Source: a virus
Lineage: Duplodnaviria > Caudoviricetes
DNA length: 39,762 bases
Direction: 5' to 3' (one strand)
IMG/VR virus record: IMGVR_UViG_3300037047_000003
Coordinates: 1-39,762 of that record
The number at the start of each line of letters is the position of its first letter. The stretch's first letter is position 1. Position numbers and translations under genes: made by a program. This document shows, one piece after another, positions 18,227-26,669 of this stretch. The notes under the pieces were generated by a model, which did not search any database, was not told where the DNA came from, and saw nothing but the letters and a program-made list of their open reading frames with translations.

Positions 18227-19633
18227 TCAGAATGCCCTCGCGATCTTCTTGCGCGTCAGTTCGGTGTAGGCGTCGGCGCCTGCGTCAACCTGATCGTCGT
18301 GCGCCCCCATCGGAAACGAGCTGAGCTCATTGATGAACGAGGCGGTCCACGTCGAGCGCACGACACGCACATGCCCCTCGCCCACGGCTGCGGAGAAGGG
18401 CCCGGCCCTCGTCTCCTTGCTGCCGGTCACACGCTCGGAACGCACGCGGCTGCCGGCCAACATCCGGGTCAGCGCCCGCGCCGCGTCCACGCCTGCCGAT
18501 CCTGGGTCAACGGGGAACAGCTGCCAGCAGTCCTGGCCGTCGCGCTTGCTTGTCTGCCGGATGAGCGCGTTACGGGTATCGGTGCTCCATTGGCCTCGTT
18601 GAACATCCACGACGTAATAGACGCCATCAGCGTCCGGGCCGTCCATCCTGACCCCGACGGTGTAGTCGCCACCGCCGGGCGTCGCTGCGAGGTCCCAAGC
18701 GCGGCAGGCTTTGAGTCCGGGCGGCGCGGCATGGACTAGTTCGATCCTCGACACGTTGAACATCGCGCCCTCGCGGGGTACGGGCTCGCCCATGTAGAGC
18801 GCGCTCCAGTCGTACTCGCCTATCGTCTCGCGGATGTTGGCGAGGTCGTCCGGGCCGTACTTCTCGGGCCACAGGGCGCGTCCGTCGTCTGCGATGGCGG
18901 GGAACCGAACGACGCGCCACCCCTCGTGCGTGTCACCTGCGGCTTCGGCCGCGAGGATACGTCCCATGAGGTCGTCGGTGTGCCAGCGAGTCATTATGAG
19001 CACTACGGCCCCGCCGTCCTCCAGCCGCGTGTAGGCGGTGGATGTGTACCAGTCCCATGTGCTCTGCCGCAGAACTTCCGAGTTGGCGTCCTGGCGGTTC
19101 TTCACGGGATCGTCCACCAAAAGCACGTTCGCTCCGTGGCCAGTGAGAGATCCGCCGACGCCGACCGCCTTCAGCCCGCCCCTGCGCCCGGCCAAGTCCC
19201 ACGTCGCGACGCTGCGGCTGTCGGGCGAGAGCGTGACGCCGGGGAAGAGGATGTGGTAGCGCTCGTCGTCCACGACCTGCCGGACTTGCCGGGAGAAGCG
19301 CTCGGCGAGGTCGGCTGCGTATGATGCGATGATGATGCGCTTGTCCGGGTTCCTGCCGAGGTACCACGCGGGGAACCTGACGGAGCACAGTTCACTCTTG
19401 CCGTGCCGGGGCGGCATGGTGATGAGGAGCCGCTTGATCTCGCCAGCCTCGACCGCCGTGAGCGCCGCCGAGAGGGTCAGGAGGTGGTCAGCGTACTGAT
19501 AGGCCGGGAGCGTCACCCGCGAGAACGCCAGCAGCGACGCCCTCGCCCGGCTTATCATCTCCTGCGATGAGGAGCAGCTCTCGTGCGAGGCGCTCCTGTA
19601 CGGCGGCTTCGAGGGCCTCGTCATCACGCTCAA
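18227..19633 (-). CDS. terL: Terminase large subunit (true start uncertain: 19633, 19624 or 19558)
   Basis: Walker A ITMPPRHGKS, LTGHGANVLLVDDPVK, IMTRWHTDDL; nuclease motifs RAWDLA, GDYTVG and HDDQVDA. Confidence 0.96.
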   Translation of the reverse strand: MSVMTRPSKPPYRSASHESCSSSQEMISRARASLLAFSRVTLPAYQYADHLLTLSAALTAVEAGEIKRLLITMPPRHGKSELCSVRFPAWYLGRNPDKRIIIASYAADLAERFSRQVRQVVDDERYHILFPGVTLSPDSRSVATWDLAGRRGGLKAVGVGGSLTGHGANVLLVDDPVKNRQDANSEVLRQSTWDWYTSTAYTRLEDGGAVVLIMTRWHTDDLMGRILAAEAAGDTHEGWRVVRFPAIADDGRALWPEKYGPDDLANIRETIGEYDWSALYMGEPVPREGAMFNVSRIELVHAAPPGLKACRAWDLAATPGGGDYTVGVRMDGPDADGVYYVVDVQRGQWSTDTRNALIRQTSKRDGQDCWQLFPVDPGSAGVDAARALTRMLAGSRVRSERVTGSKETRAGPFSAAVGEGHVRVVRSTWTASFINELSSFPMGAHDDQVDAGADAYTELTRKKIARAF

Positions 19634-19919
19634 TACGCAGTCCTCCTGCGTGCTCCACCCGTTGCTCGTCGCGCTGCCCGAGGAGTTGCTTGCCGAGCCA
19701 GATCAGCATCGTCCGGTCGCCCTTGAGGGCCATCTCGACCTGTTTGCGTCGCAGGCTCTTGCGGATGTCGGCGCGGCCCGTTTCTATGAGTGCGGCATAA
19801 CGCCGTTCGAGCGTGCGCTTTGAGCACCCGAGCACGAGGGCCATTTCGTCAACGGGACAGCCTATGCCCGCAAGGAGTTTGACCTGCTCGGGGTCTATCT
19901 CAAGCCGGGGACGGGCCAT
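19488..19919 (-). CDS. terS: Terminase small subunit (HTH)
   Basis: MARPRLEID..VKLLAGIGC..EMALVLGCSKRTLERR...MLIWLGKQLLGQRD; immediately upstream of terL. Confidence 0.85.
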   Translation of the reverse strand: MARPRLEIDPEQVKLLAGIGCPVDEMALVLGCSKRTLERRYAALIETGRADIRKSLRRKQVEMALKGDRTMLIWLGKQLLGQRDEQRVEHAGGLRIERDDEALEAAVQERLARELLLIAGDDKPGEGVAAGVLAGDAPGLSVR

Positions 19920-21159
19920 CTATACGCTCCGCGTCCTTGCCTGTCAGGTTCTCCCAGCGTGCCAGAACGATGTCGCAGTATCGCGGTTCGATCTCGATGC
20001 CGTAGCACCTGCGGCCCAGCGTCTCGGCGGCGATCAGCGTGGTGCCTGACCCGATGAAGGGGTCGCCCACGATGTCACCTTGTTCAGTAGTCAACGAGAG
20101 TTGGTTGACGACGAGTGCAACGGGCTTCGGCGTCGGGTGGTCGCTTACGTCGGCGCGCCCATACTCCAGCACCTTAGATCGGTTGGCCTGCGTTGCCGCG
20201 TTCCACTTGGCCGCCCGTCGGAATAGCAACAGGTATTCCACATCAGGCAACGGGCCATTTCCGAACGGGATAACGCCACCAGTCTTCTTCCAGACCAGCA
20301 CGTTGAACCCCACATCATTGGCCCGTGCCCAGTTCAGATAGTCCGGTATCAGGTCCTTCGAGCAGAAGATGAACGAACTGTGCATCCCGTCCCGGAAGAA
20401 TGCAGGCAGTGCGGCGAGGAACGTCGCTGGCTCGAACTCCGCGAGCCCGGCGTTGCTTATGGCGTTCATCGTTTTGCGTATGCTATGCCCGCCCACGTCG
20501 TGGGCTGGCCCGAAACAACCAGCCCCCTTCGTCTCGAAGCGGTAAGGCGGATCAGTGAACACATGTGTCGCCCATTCCCCGCCCATCACCCGCGCCACGT
20601 CCTCGGCCTTCGTGCTGTCCCCGCACAGCAGGCGGTGGTTACCGAGCCGCCATAGGTCGCCGGGCTTGCATCGCGTCTCCACGTCGGCTTCGTCCGGCAC
20701 ATCGTCCGGGTCGCCGTTCAGGTTCGGCTTGTTCAGGTCCGCCAGCAGGTCGTCCAGTTCATCCTTCGCGAACAGGTCATCCAGATTGATGCCATCCTCA
20801 GCCAGCGCGGCCAGCACCTCTGCATCCCACTCAGCCAGTTCAGCGGTCCTGTTGTCGAGCAAAGCCAGTCTGCGCTTCTGCGCCTCCGTCAGCCCCGTGC
20901 GCCGTACCGCGATGATCGTCTCGCCGTCGGCGTCAACGACCTGCACGCGCTCGATGCCTGCCTCTGCTGCGGCGTCAACCGTGCCGTTGCCTGCGAGTAT
21001 GCGCCCCTCCTCGTCAATGACGATGCTGCGGGCCGCGCCTACCTCATGCAGGCTGTCAACGATCATGCCGACGTTGCGCGGGTTATGTTTCCGGGCGTTC
21101 CTGGGGTCAAGCTTCAGGTCGCCGATGTGCTGGATGTCCGCCTGTGCTGTGCGCTTCAT
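19900..21159 (-). CDS. ParB-like N-terminal domain fused to N6-A/N4-C DNA methyltransferase (beta class)
   Basis: DPRNARKH...RILAGNG...LLDNRTAELAEWD (ParB-N); HRLLCGDS, DPPY, HPTPKP and DPFIGSGTT. Start MKRTAQ with SD GGAGG. Confidence 0.92.
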   Translation of the reverse strand: MKRTAQADIQHIGDLKLDPRNARKHNPRNVGMIVDSLHEVGAARSIVIDEEGRILAGNGTVDAAAEAGIERVQVVDADGETIIAVRRTGLTEAQKRRLALLDNRTAELAEWDAEVLAALAEDGINLDDLFAKDELDDLLADLNKPNLNGDPDDVPDEADVETRCKPGDLWRLGNHRLLCGDSTKAEDVARVMGGEWATHVFTDPPYRFETKGAGCFGPAHDVGGHSIRKTMNAISNAGLAEFEPATFLAALPAFFRDGMHSSFIFCSKDLIPDYLNWARANDVGFNVLVWKKTGGVIPFGNGPLPDVEYLLLFRRAAKWNAATQANRSKVLEYGRADVSDHPTPKPVALVVNQLSLTTEQGDIVGDPFIGSGTTLIAAETLGRRCYGIEIEPRYCDIVLARWENLTGKDAERIDGPSPA

Positions 21160-21196
21160 GTCCCCTCCATCGTACCAGACGCGTCGGCGCAGGCTA
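21160..21196 (-). promoter_or_regulatory. Possible extended -10 promoter ahead of the packaging/late genes
   Basis: TGGTACGAT (21169-21177, minus strand) with weak -35 TAGCCT, in the intergenic gap before the ParB-MTase and terminase genes. Confidence 0.3.
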
Positions 21197-21910
21197 CTTG
21201 TCACCCATCAGGTTGCGCAGGCTGTCCCACTCGTCGTCATTCTCATGCTCCTCGCCATCGCCTTCCGGAGCGTGGATGAGTGCCTCAAGTTCCTGCCCCG
21301 TCATCAGCCAGTCATATGCGACTCGCCCAGCCGAGCCGAAGTCGAATCCCTCCGGATGGGACTTGAAGATGTCGTCAACGAGCGCCGAGATGCTATCGCC
21401 GATCACGAGGTCGTCGCATAGGTCCACGAACTCACATCGCGGGTTAGCGTTCAGGTTGCCGGACGTGAGTATGCTCACGACGCGCCCAGCACCCCGCACG
21501 ACCATGCACTTGGCGTGGTTGTTTGTCACGCGAATGTTGGCCGCTCCGAACACGTCCGCTATCCATGACGCCCGCATACGCCTGCTGCGCGCTCTGGTCT
21601 CAGTCACACGGTCGAGCACGAGACGTATGCTACGCAACCGCCCATTGGTGAGTCGCTCCCTGAGCTGCTCTGCATCCGGTCCAACGATAGACCATGTCAT
21701 CACGTCGAGCGAGGCTGGAGCCAGCCGATCCACGACCATACAAACTACGTCGGTTACCGCCACCAACCCCTTCGTGAGAATGAACGCGCGCCATCCTCCG
21801 CGTTCCCACCGCGCGTCGAAGATCGCATCTTCATCCAAGCCCGACGCCGCCCACAGGCTATATGCGCCCTTCCGTGTCGTCAGAGACACGCTGGCCGATT
21901 GAGAGCCCAT
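21194..21910 (-). CDS. Phospholipase D-superfamily (single HxK motif) nuclease-like protein
   Basis: NNHAKCMVV...ILTSGNLNANPRCE matches the HxK...S(G/A)N...E catalytic pattern; TAATG coupling to the sigma gene. Confidence 0.7.
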   Translation of the reverse strand: MGSQSASVSLTTRKGAYSLWAASGLDEDAIFDARWERGGWRAFILTKGLVAVTDVVCMVVDRLAPASLDVMTWSIVGPDAEQLRERLTNGRLRSIRLVLDRVTETRARSRRMRASWIADVFGAANIRVTNNHAKCMVVRGAGRVVSILTSGNLNANPRCEFVDLCDDLVIGDSISALVDDIFKSHPEGFDFGSAGRVAYDWLMTGQELEALIHAPEGDGEEHENDDEWDSLRNLMGDK

Positions 21911-22389
21911 TACAGTTCCTCCATTCCGGCACGGGCCACCGTCTCACGCACCCGGGCCCGTGCCGTGTAGAGCCGAGCGCGAACCGCGTGGACCGTGCGC
22001 CCGGACACCGCGGCGATTTCGGCGCGCGAGTACCCGTCGGCGATGAGGCGGAACCACACGGCCTCCTCTGGCCCTGCTGCGGCGTCGGCGGCGCTGATGG
22101 TCGTGCCGCGTGGATCGTACTCAAGGCGCAACGGTGTCGGCGGCGCGGTCAGGCCGATCGGTATGGGCGTCCTGCGGGCCTTGCGCTGCGCGTCGAGGTA
22201 GGTGCGTCGGATAACGGTCTCCATCCACGAGAGCAGGTCCGGGCCATGCGGGAGTCGAGAGGTTCGGAGGGCTTTGACGATGCTGTCTTGCAGGAGGTCG
22301 TCGGCGTTCCGGTAGTCGTAGGTCCGGGCCTTCCGCAGCAGGGCCGGGCGGAACCGTTCAATGCCTTCTATCAGTTCCGCCCGTGTCAT
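21910..22389 (-). CDS. ECF-type sigma70 factor
   Basis: Region 2: LLRKAR...ADDLLQDSIVKA...LLSWMETVIRRTYLDAQRK. Region 4: DGYSRAEIAAVSGRTVHAVRARLYTAR. Confidence 0.88.
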   Translation of the reverse strand: MTRAELIEGIERFRPALLRKARTYDYRNADDLLQDSIVKALRTSRLPHGPDLLSWMETVIRRTYLDAQRKARRTPIPIGLTAPPTPLRLEYDPRGTTISAADAAAGPEEAVWFRLIADGYSRAEIAAVSGRTVHAVRARLYTARARVRETVARAGMEEL

Positions 22390-22463
22390 GCTTGCTTGCC
22401 CCCACGTTGGCCGCAGGGAATGGCCGCTCGTCTGCAACGTCTGGATACGCAGGGTCGGGTCAT
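22386..22463 (-). CDS. Possible 25-aa Cys/Arg-rich peptide coupled to the sigma gene
   Basis: MTRPCVSRRCRRAAIPCGQRGGKQA, ending in an ATGA overlap with the sigma start; no clear SD. Confidence 0.3.
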   Translation of the reverse strand: MTRPCVSRRCRRAAIPCGQRGGKQA

Positions 22464-22479
22464 GGTTGCGTTGTGTGTG

Positions 22480-22773
22480 TCAGTTTGGTGGCGTTACGTC
22501 GTCGGTATGGGCTTCGGCGGGGTCTGCCGTGCTGTAGGCGTCTGCGCGCCGTTGGTCGTACGCCGCATTGATCGCCGCCAGTTCGACGGCAGCGTCTGGA
22601 TACCATTCAGGGCACACGTCATGGCGGCGTGTTGGCCTCCGATGCCATTCACACCACAGACGGCCCTGCCTACCCTCGCCAAACCGCCACGCCGGATCGG
22701 TGAACCGCTTGCAGGTGTTGCACTCCATGTGCATGATGACCGTGAACGTGCGGCTCCGTCGTTTGGTACTCAT
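22480..22773 (-). CDS. Cys-rich hypothetical protein (97 aa), possible metal-binding
   Basis: ATGA coupling; CNTC...CEWH...VCPEW. Confidence 0.6.
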   Translation of the reverse strand: MSTKRRSRTFTVIMHMECNTCKRFTDPAWRFGEGRQGRLWCEWHRRPTRRHDVCPEWYPDAAVELAAINAAYDQRRADAYSTADPAEAHTDDVTPPN

Positions 22774-23240
22774 CCCTTCTCCTCTCTCTCCATTATGCCG
22801 CACGCCTCCTCGGACGTTCGGACTACGTGGATGCGCCCTGCGTCGGCCAATGCGCGCTGCTCCGGTGATACTCGCGTCGTCGGCCCCTTGACTTCGAGCC
22901 CGATCCACGCCTGCCGCAGTTCCGACCATGCGAACAGGTCCGGCAGGCCCTTGTCGCAGCCGTCGCCGGTCGTCTGGTACGATCCGCAGCGTTGACATCT
23001 CTGGCGATGGCGGGATGTCTGGAGCACCTGGACGCCTGACTCGCGCAGGGCTCGGACGATACGCGACTGGACGGGCCCCTCGCGGTCGCGGCGCTTTGCC
23101 TGCGGCCCTGTCTGCGGGGTCGGCGCCGGGGCGCTGATCGGCACCTCGATGCAGCAGGACAGGCAGGCCCAGCCGGTGAGCCTCTTGTGGTCGGCGTGGA
23201 CGGGGATCATGTGCTCGCCGCAACGTCCGCAGGTGGTCAC
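22770..23240 (-). CDS. VRR-NUC family nuclease with Zn-ribbon elements
   Basis: EGPVQSRI, KGLPDL, GLEVKGPTTRVSPEQ and VVRTSEEA motifs; CxxC pairs. Confidence 0.88.
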   Translation of the reverse strand: MTTCGRCGEHMIPVHADHKRLTGWACLSCCIEVPISAPAPTPQTGPQAKRRDREGPVQSRIVRALRESGVQVLQTSRHRQRCQRCGSYQTTGDGCDKGLPDLFAWSELRQAWIGLEVKGPTTRVSPEQRALADAGRIHVVRTSEEACGIMEREEKG

Positions 23241-23407
23241 GCCGCGTCACCCTCATGCAGTCGCAGGTAGCGCACGGCCAGCGTAATCGCCGCCTCCTCG
23301 CCCCTGTCGTATGAAGTCTCTTGCTGCATCTTGTTCCTGTCTGCGATGCGCTGAAGCAGCCACTCGCGGCGCTTCTCCAGCACCTGTATCGCAGTTGTGA
23401 CGGTCAC
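23237..23407 (-). CDS. Hypothetical protein (56 aa)
   Basis: GTGA coupling at both ends; helical sequence. Confidence 0.6.
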   Translation of the reverse strand: MTVTTAIQVLEKRREWLLQRIADRNKMQQETSYDRGEEAAITLAVRYLRLHEGDAA

Positions 23408-23625
23408 TCGCCAAGCCTCGCCGCGCACTTCTCACACACGATGGCGTTCGAGGACCTGATGACGCGCCGCAGTTCGTCCAGCGTCAGCCAAACGCGCCCG
23501 TGTAACACCCGCTCCCCGTATGACTTGCACAGCGTCTGGTCCGCGCCGTCCTTGATGTAGTGCCACACCATTGGGTCGGAGGGCCTGCGCTGCTGATACT
23601 GCCAGCGGCCTGCCTCAGTCATCAT
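23404..23625 (-). CDS. Small zinc-finger-like protein (H...C...CxxC)
   Basis: VWHYI...TLCK...IVCEKC; overlaps both neighbours in operon fashion. Confidence 0.6.
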   Translation of the reverse strand: MMTEAGRWQYQQRRPSDPMVWHYIKDGADQTLCKSYGERVLHGRVWLTLDELRRVIRSSNAIVCEKCAARLGE

Positions 23626-23899
23626 CGTCGCAGTCGCCGTCGCACAGCCATTGCCCGCACCTGCTACACATGGGGTCGGCGTGGTGTGTGGCCTCGTGAG
23701 GCTCGGTAACGCCGGGCTCCATGTATTTGCAGTAGGCGTCGTCGGCGCGCCTGACACGGGCCACGAGGAAGTCGTCGCAGCACACGGACCAGAAGCGCCG
23801 CTTGGCCTCCCGCGCTGTGTGTGCGAAGCACAGCACGCCGCACTCGAAGTCGCCCACGATGTACGGATGCAGGTCGCGCGGCGATGGTGGGTCAGTCAT
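23615..23899 (-). CDS. Cys-rich hypothetical protein (94 aa)
   Basis: SD AAAGGAG before ATG 23899; FAHTAREAK motif; CSRCG..LCDGDC. Confidence 0.65.
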   Translation of the reverse strand: MTDPPSPRDLHPYIVGDFECGVLCFAHTAREAKRRFWSVCCDDFLVARVRRADDAYCKYMEPGVTEPHEATHHADPMCSRCGQWLCDGDCDDDD

Positions 23900-24073
23900 C
23901 GGTCGTCTCCTTTCGTCGCCTCGTCGGGTAGCCGGAACTTCTCGATAAGCGCCGCCGTGAGTGCAAGGCCGTGGCGATCCAGCAGTGTGGCGCACACTTC
24001 GATTGCGTCCCTGCTCGTAAGCCTCGACGGAGGGCAACTGCCTCCAGTACCGGCAGTCCCAGCACATGCTCAT
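23896..24073 (-). pseudogene. Probable frameshifted/chimeric small gene
   Basis: The 5' half MSMCWDCRYWRQLPSVEAYEQG starts at an ATGA overlap. A coding-like 3' half RDAIEVCATLL...TKGDDR* is in the +1 frame and ends in an ATGA overlap with 23899. Confidence 0.4.
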
Positions 24074-24690
24074 GGCTGTCCACCCAACGCAAACCGACCC
24101 TGTTGGAAAAACGGCATCAGCCGTTTCAGCACCTCGCGAGGGTATCGCGCAAGGCCCGTGCCATCGCAGGAGTGGACTCCGTATGACGCGCACAGCCACA
24201 GCCTGCGGATGGTGTTCACCCTGCCGACGTGCAGCCATCGGTTCGTCGCGTGCGCGAACTCAGCCAACAGAGGCAGGGTCGCCAGCTTCCACTCAGTTGT
24301 GCCGCCCAGGAACAGGAACGCAGGGCATAGGTGCGCTATCGCCTTCGAGGTCATACCATTCTGTAGTGCCAGCGCCATCGGTAGGCCACGTTCATCCATC
24401 TCGCCTCTATAGCGCAGGTATCGTTCGAGCGTCGCGTCTGCGTCCGCCACAACGTCAGGCATGACGACGAACAGCCAGTCATAGGCTCCTCGTGCGGCAA
24501 GCCATTGCGTTTCGCCGGTTGTTCTCCACCAGTCAGGATCGTCTCGATGCGCCCACGCCCCGTTGTCGAGAGCCGTGATGCCTGTGGCACGGCTTGTGCG
24601 TGTCGGTGTGACGAGTGCGCCGAAGTGTTCGGGATGCTTGCGGATCAGACGCTGTGTGGCTCCGTTCGGGTCGCCGATCATGTAGATCAT
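24070..24690 (-). CDS. TGT-fold (DpdA/queuine tRNA-ribosyltransferase-like) base-exchange enzyme, 206 aa
   Basis: Ordered motifs ALDNGAW, PDVVAD, LQNG, FLGG, LHVGRVN and SCDGTG parallel the TGT catalytic motifs; no C-terminal Zn domain. Confidence 0.72.
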   Translation of the reverse strand: MIYMIGDPNGATQRLIRKHPEHFGALVTPTRTSRATGITALDNGAWAHRDDPDWWRTTGETQWLAARGAYDWLFVVMPDVVADADATLERYLRYRGEMDERGLPMALALQNGMTSKAIAHLCPAFLFLGGTTEWKLATLPLLAEFAHATNRWLHVGRVNTIRRLWLCASYGVHSCDGTGLARYPREVLKRLMPFFQQGRFALGGQP

Positions 24691-25091
24691 CCCTTCTCCT
24701 CCCACCCCGACGACGCGAGGATGGCCTGGAAGATGGTCTCGCAGAGCGTGTCGGCGCTACCACATGCCGTCTTGGGTCCGTCAGAGCTTGTGGTGAACGC
24801 AAGGTACCCAAGACGATCAGAGATAGGTCCTGCCGTGCCTCCCCACCCTCGGTCCATCACGAGCCAGCCGAGGAGGTGCCACGCATTCACATCGTTACTG
24901 AACTCCGGCGTGTCACGGAACGTGAACGAGCCTTCAGCAATGAACAGCGAGACGCGTCCGCTGAAGGTCAGTACACACCACTTGCCGCCCAACAACCAAG
25001 CCGCGTTCTCGCATTCATCCTCCTCCCGCAACCCCATCGCGTGCAGGGCGATGTAGCGCAGGTGCGCAGCGGTCACTACGAAGTTACTCAT
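24687..25091 (-). CDS. Phage ABA-sandwich-like domain protein
   Basis: PEFSNDVNAWHLL...GSADTLCETIFQAIL resembles the family pattern. Confidence 0.5.
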   Translation of the reverse strand: MSNFVVTAAHLRYIALHAMGLREEDECENAAWLLGGKWCVLTFSGRVSLFIAEGSFTFRDTPEFSNDVNAWHLLGWLVMDRGWGGTAGPISDRLGYLAFTTSSDGPKTACGSADTLCETIFQAILASSGWEEKG

Positions 25092-25257
25092 CCTCGATCC
25101 TCTCGATCATCCTGCCCCATCCGTCCGGCAGGTAGTTGGGGTCCTTGAGCCGCGCCGCCATCCTCTGAGCGTTCGCCAATGCCGCGCACAGGGCGTAGCC
25201 GATCACGCCGCCGACGATCACGCATCCGCCAAGGGTCAGCCATTGCAGGAGGCTCAT
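25084..25257 (-). CDS. Small membrane protein (57 aa)
   Basis: ATGA coupling; hydrophobic segment WLTLGGCVIVGGVIGYALCAALA. Confidence 0.65.
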   Translation of the reverse strand: MSLLQWLTLGGCVIVGGVIGYALCAALANAQRMAARLKDPNYLPDGWGRMIERIEDE

Positions 25258-25616
25258 GGTTGCACCTCCAGCACGTCGCTGAGGCCGAGCACGACGTAGC
25301 CGTCGCGCAGATACGTCGGATTGTCGAGGATGTTTGTGACCGTAGCGCTCACAGCGCCACCCGGCGCGCATGCCCGGTCCAGCGCCTCGGCGTTGGCCTC
25401 TCTCATGCGGTCCCGGCACGGTTCGGCGCTCTCGCCGGGCCGGCAGAGGTCCATCGAATGCGGTAGCGAGCGCGGTCCGTAGTCGCGCATGAGCTCCTGC
25501 CGCATCACCTCGGCCTCCAAATCGTACTGCTGGGCGTGCAACACGTCGGAGCACGCCAGGCGGATCAGACCCCTGTAGCGCAACAGGCGGTCGGCAAACG
25601 TCATTGGTTCGGTCAC
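25254..25616 (-). CDS. Hypothetical protein with C-terminal ASCH/DUF3850-like fragment
   Basis: Coupled at both ends; ends ATVTNILDNPTYLRDGYVVLGL. Confidence 0.55.
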   Translation of the reverse strand: MTEPMTFADRLLRYRGLIRLACSDVLHAQQYDLEAEVMRQELMRDYGPRSLPHSMDLCRPGESAEPCRDRMREANAEALDRACAPGGAVSATVTNILDNPTYLRDGYVVLGLSDVLEVQP

Positions 25617-25954
25617 TGCCCTGCCTCCTGCTGCCGCTGCGCCTCAGCCTGCTCGTGTAGCGCGTCCAACAGCTCACGATCCGAGGCGCTTAGCCGCGCC
25701 CCCGCCAGTTGGCGCTCGATCCGCTGCTGCGCCTGCGCCAGCCTAGACGCGGCCTGCTCAGCCCGCTCGCTCTCACGGTAGGCCCACCCTAAGGCGCTCC
25801 CAACGACGATCACCACCATGACCCGCCACAGACCCCGACCACTCTGATCCGTCCGATTGGCCCGATCCGTCCGACTGTGGCGCGCACAGAACACGCTCCG
25901 ACTGGCACGCGGCTCCTCACACTCCATCCACGCACATCGCTGTTGTTGATTCAC
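25613..25954 (-). CDS. Zn-finger + transmembrane + coiled-coil protein (113 aa)
   Basis: GTGA start; CAWMEC...FCARH; TM segment VMVVIVVGSALGWAY; Gln/Glu/Ala-rich tail. Confidence 0.65.
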   Translation of the reverse strand: MNQQQRCAWMECEEPRASRSVFCARHSRTDRANRTDQSGRGLWRVMVVIVVGSALGWAYRESERAEQAASRLAQAQQRIERQLAGARLSASDRELLDALHEQAEAQRQQEAGQ

Positions 25955-26343
25955 GACTCTCTCCTTTCGTTCATCACCATGCCGCCCATCACGCGCTTCA
26001 CCGCGTGGATCAGCAGCAGCTTCTCCCGGCTCAATCCGGCGATCAGCGCCAGCTCGACCGTGTCGTACTGCACGATATCGCCACGCTTCACATGCGCTGC
26101 CGTCTGCGCGCAGTCCATCTTGCCGACCGCGATCCGTTCGCCACGCAGGGCGCTCCACACGTACCTGCGCTCGACTCCGGTCGCCCATCGCGTGCGACGC
26201 TCGAACTCAGCTCGGCGCGCACGCAGCGCCGGCAGCACGTCCGCGACCTGGCTCTCGTCCGTTGCGCCTTCCACGCGCAACCGTCCGTCTCTGATCGTCA
26301 GGCCCATGCCGCGGTCGTGCAGCGTGACGATAACGCTGTTCAC
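25951..26343 (-). CDS. Hypothetical protein with TubC-N-like N-terminal domain
   Basis: GTGA start; LHDRGMGLTIRDGRLRVEG...LRARRAE pattern, often seen near phage primase/helicase genes. Confidence 0.6.
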   Translation of the reverse strand: MNSVIVTLHDRGMGLTIRDGRLRVEGATDESQVADVLPALRARRAEFERRTRWATGVERRYVWSALRGERIAVGKMDCAQTAAHVKRGDIVQYDTVELALIAGLSREKLLLIHAVKRVMGGMVMNERRES

Positions 26344-26645
26344 CGCGCCCGAGCCGTGATGTACTGAATCAACCAGATATGGTTCTCGGTGTTGTCGCCC
26401 GTCCCAAGTGCGGCGCAGGCGTCTTCCAACTGCGTCCATGGGTCGTAGATCACCCCATGCGCGTACTCCGTCCGCCACTGCACCAGCAACAGGTCTTCGG
26501 CAAACGGATCCCCCGGCGTCGGTCGCGGTCGCGGATGCGTCGCCAACCATCGCCGTGCCTGTGCCAGCGCCGTCTCCGCCAGGGCCGGCGCGTCCGACGC
26601 TTCCGGCCGTGCCCGACTCTCGCGGGTCGTCAGCAACCGAGCCAT
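26340..26645 (-). CDS. Hypothetical protein (101 aa)
   Basis: SD GAGGA; stop coupled to the next gene. Confidence 0.6.
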   Translation of the reverse strand: MARLLTTRESRARPEASDAPALAETALAQARRWLATHPRPRPTPGDPFAEDLLLVQWRTEYAHGVIYDPWTQLEDACAALGTGDNTENHIWLIQYITARAR

Positions 26646-26669
26646 GGGATTCCTCGTAGGTAGACATAG

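Noticed and set aside
19488-19633. terS-terL programmed frameshift fusion, suggested by their long overlap
   Set aside because: In-frame start codons for terL exist (19633, 19624, 19558), I saw no slippery sequence, and such overlaps are common.
19900-21159. ParB as evidence of a phage-plasmid partition system
   Set aside because: It is the ParB-like N-terminal domain commonly fused to phage MTases near terminase; no ParA or parS array was seen.
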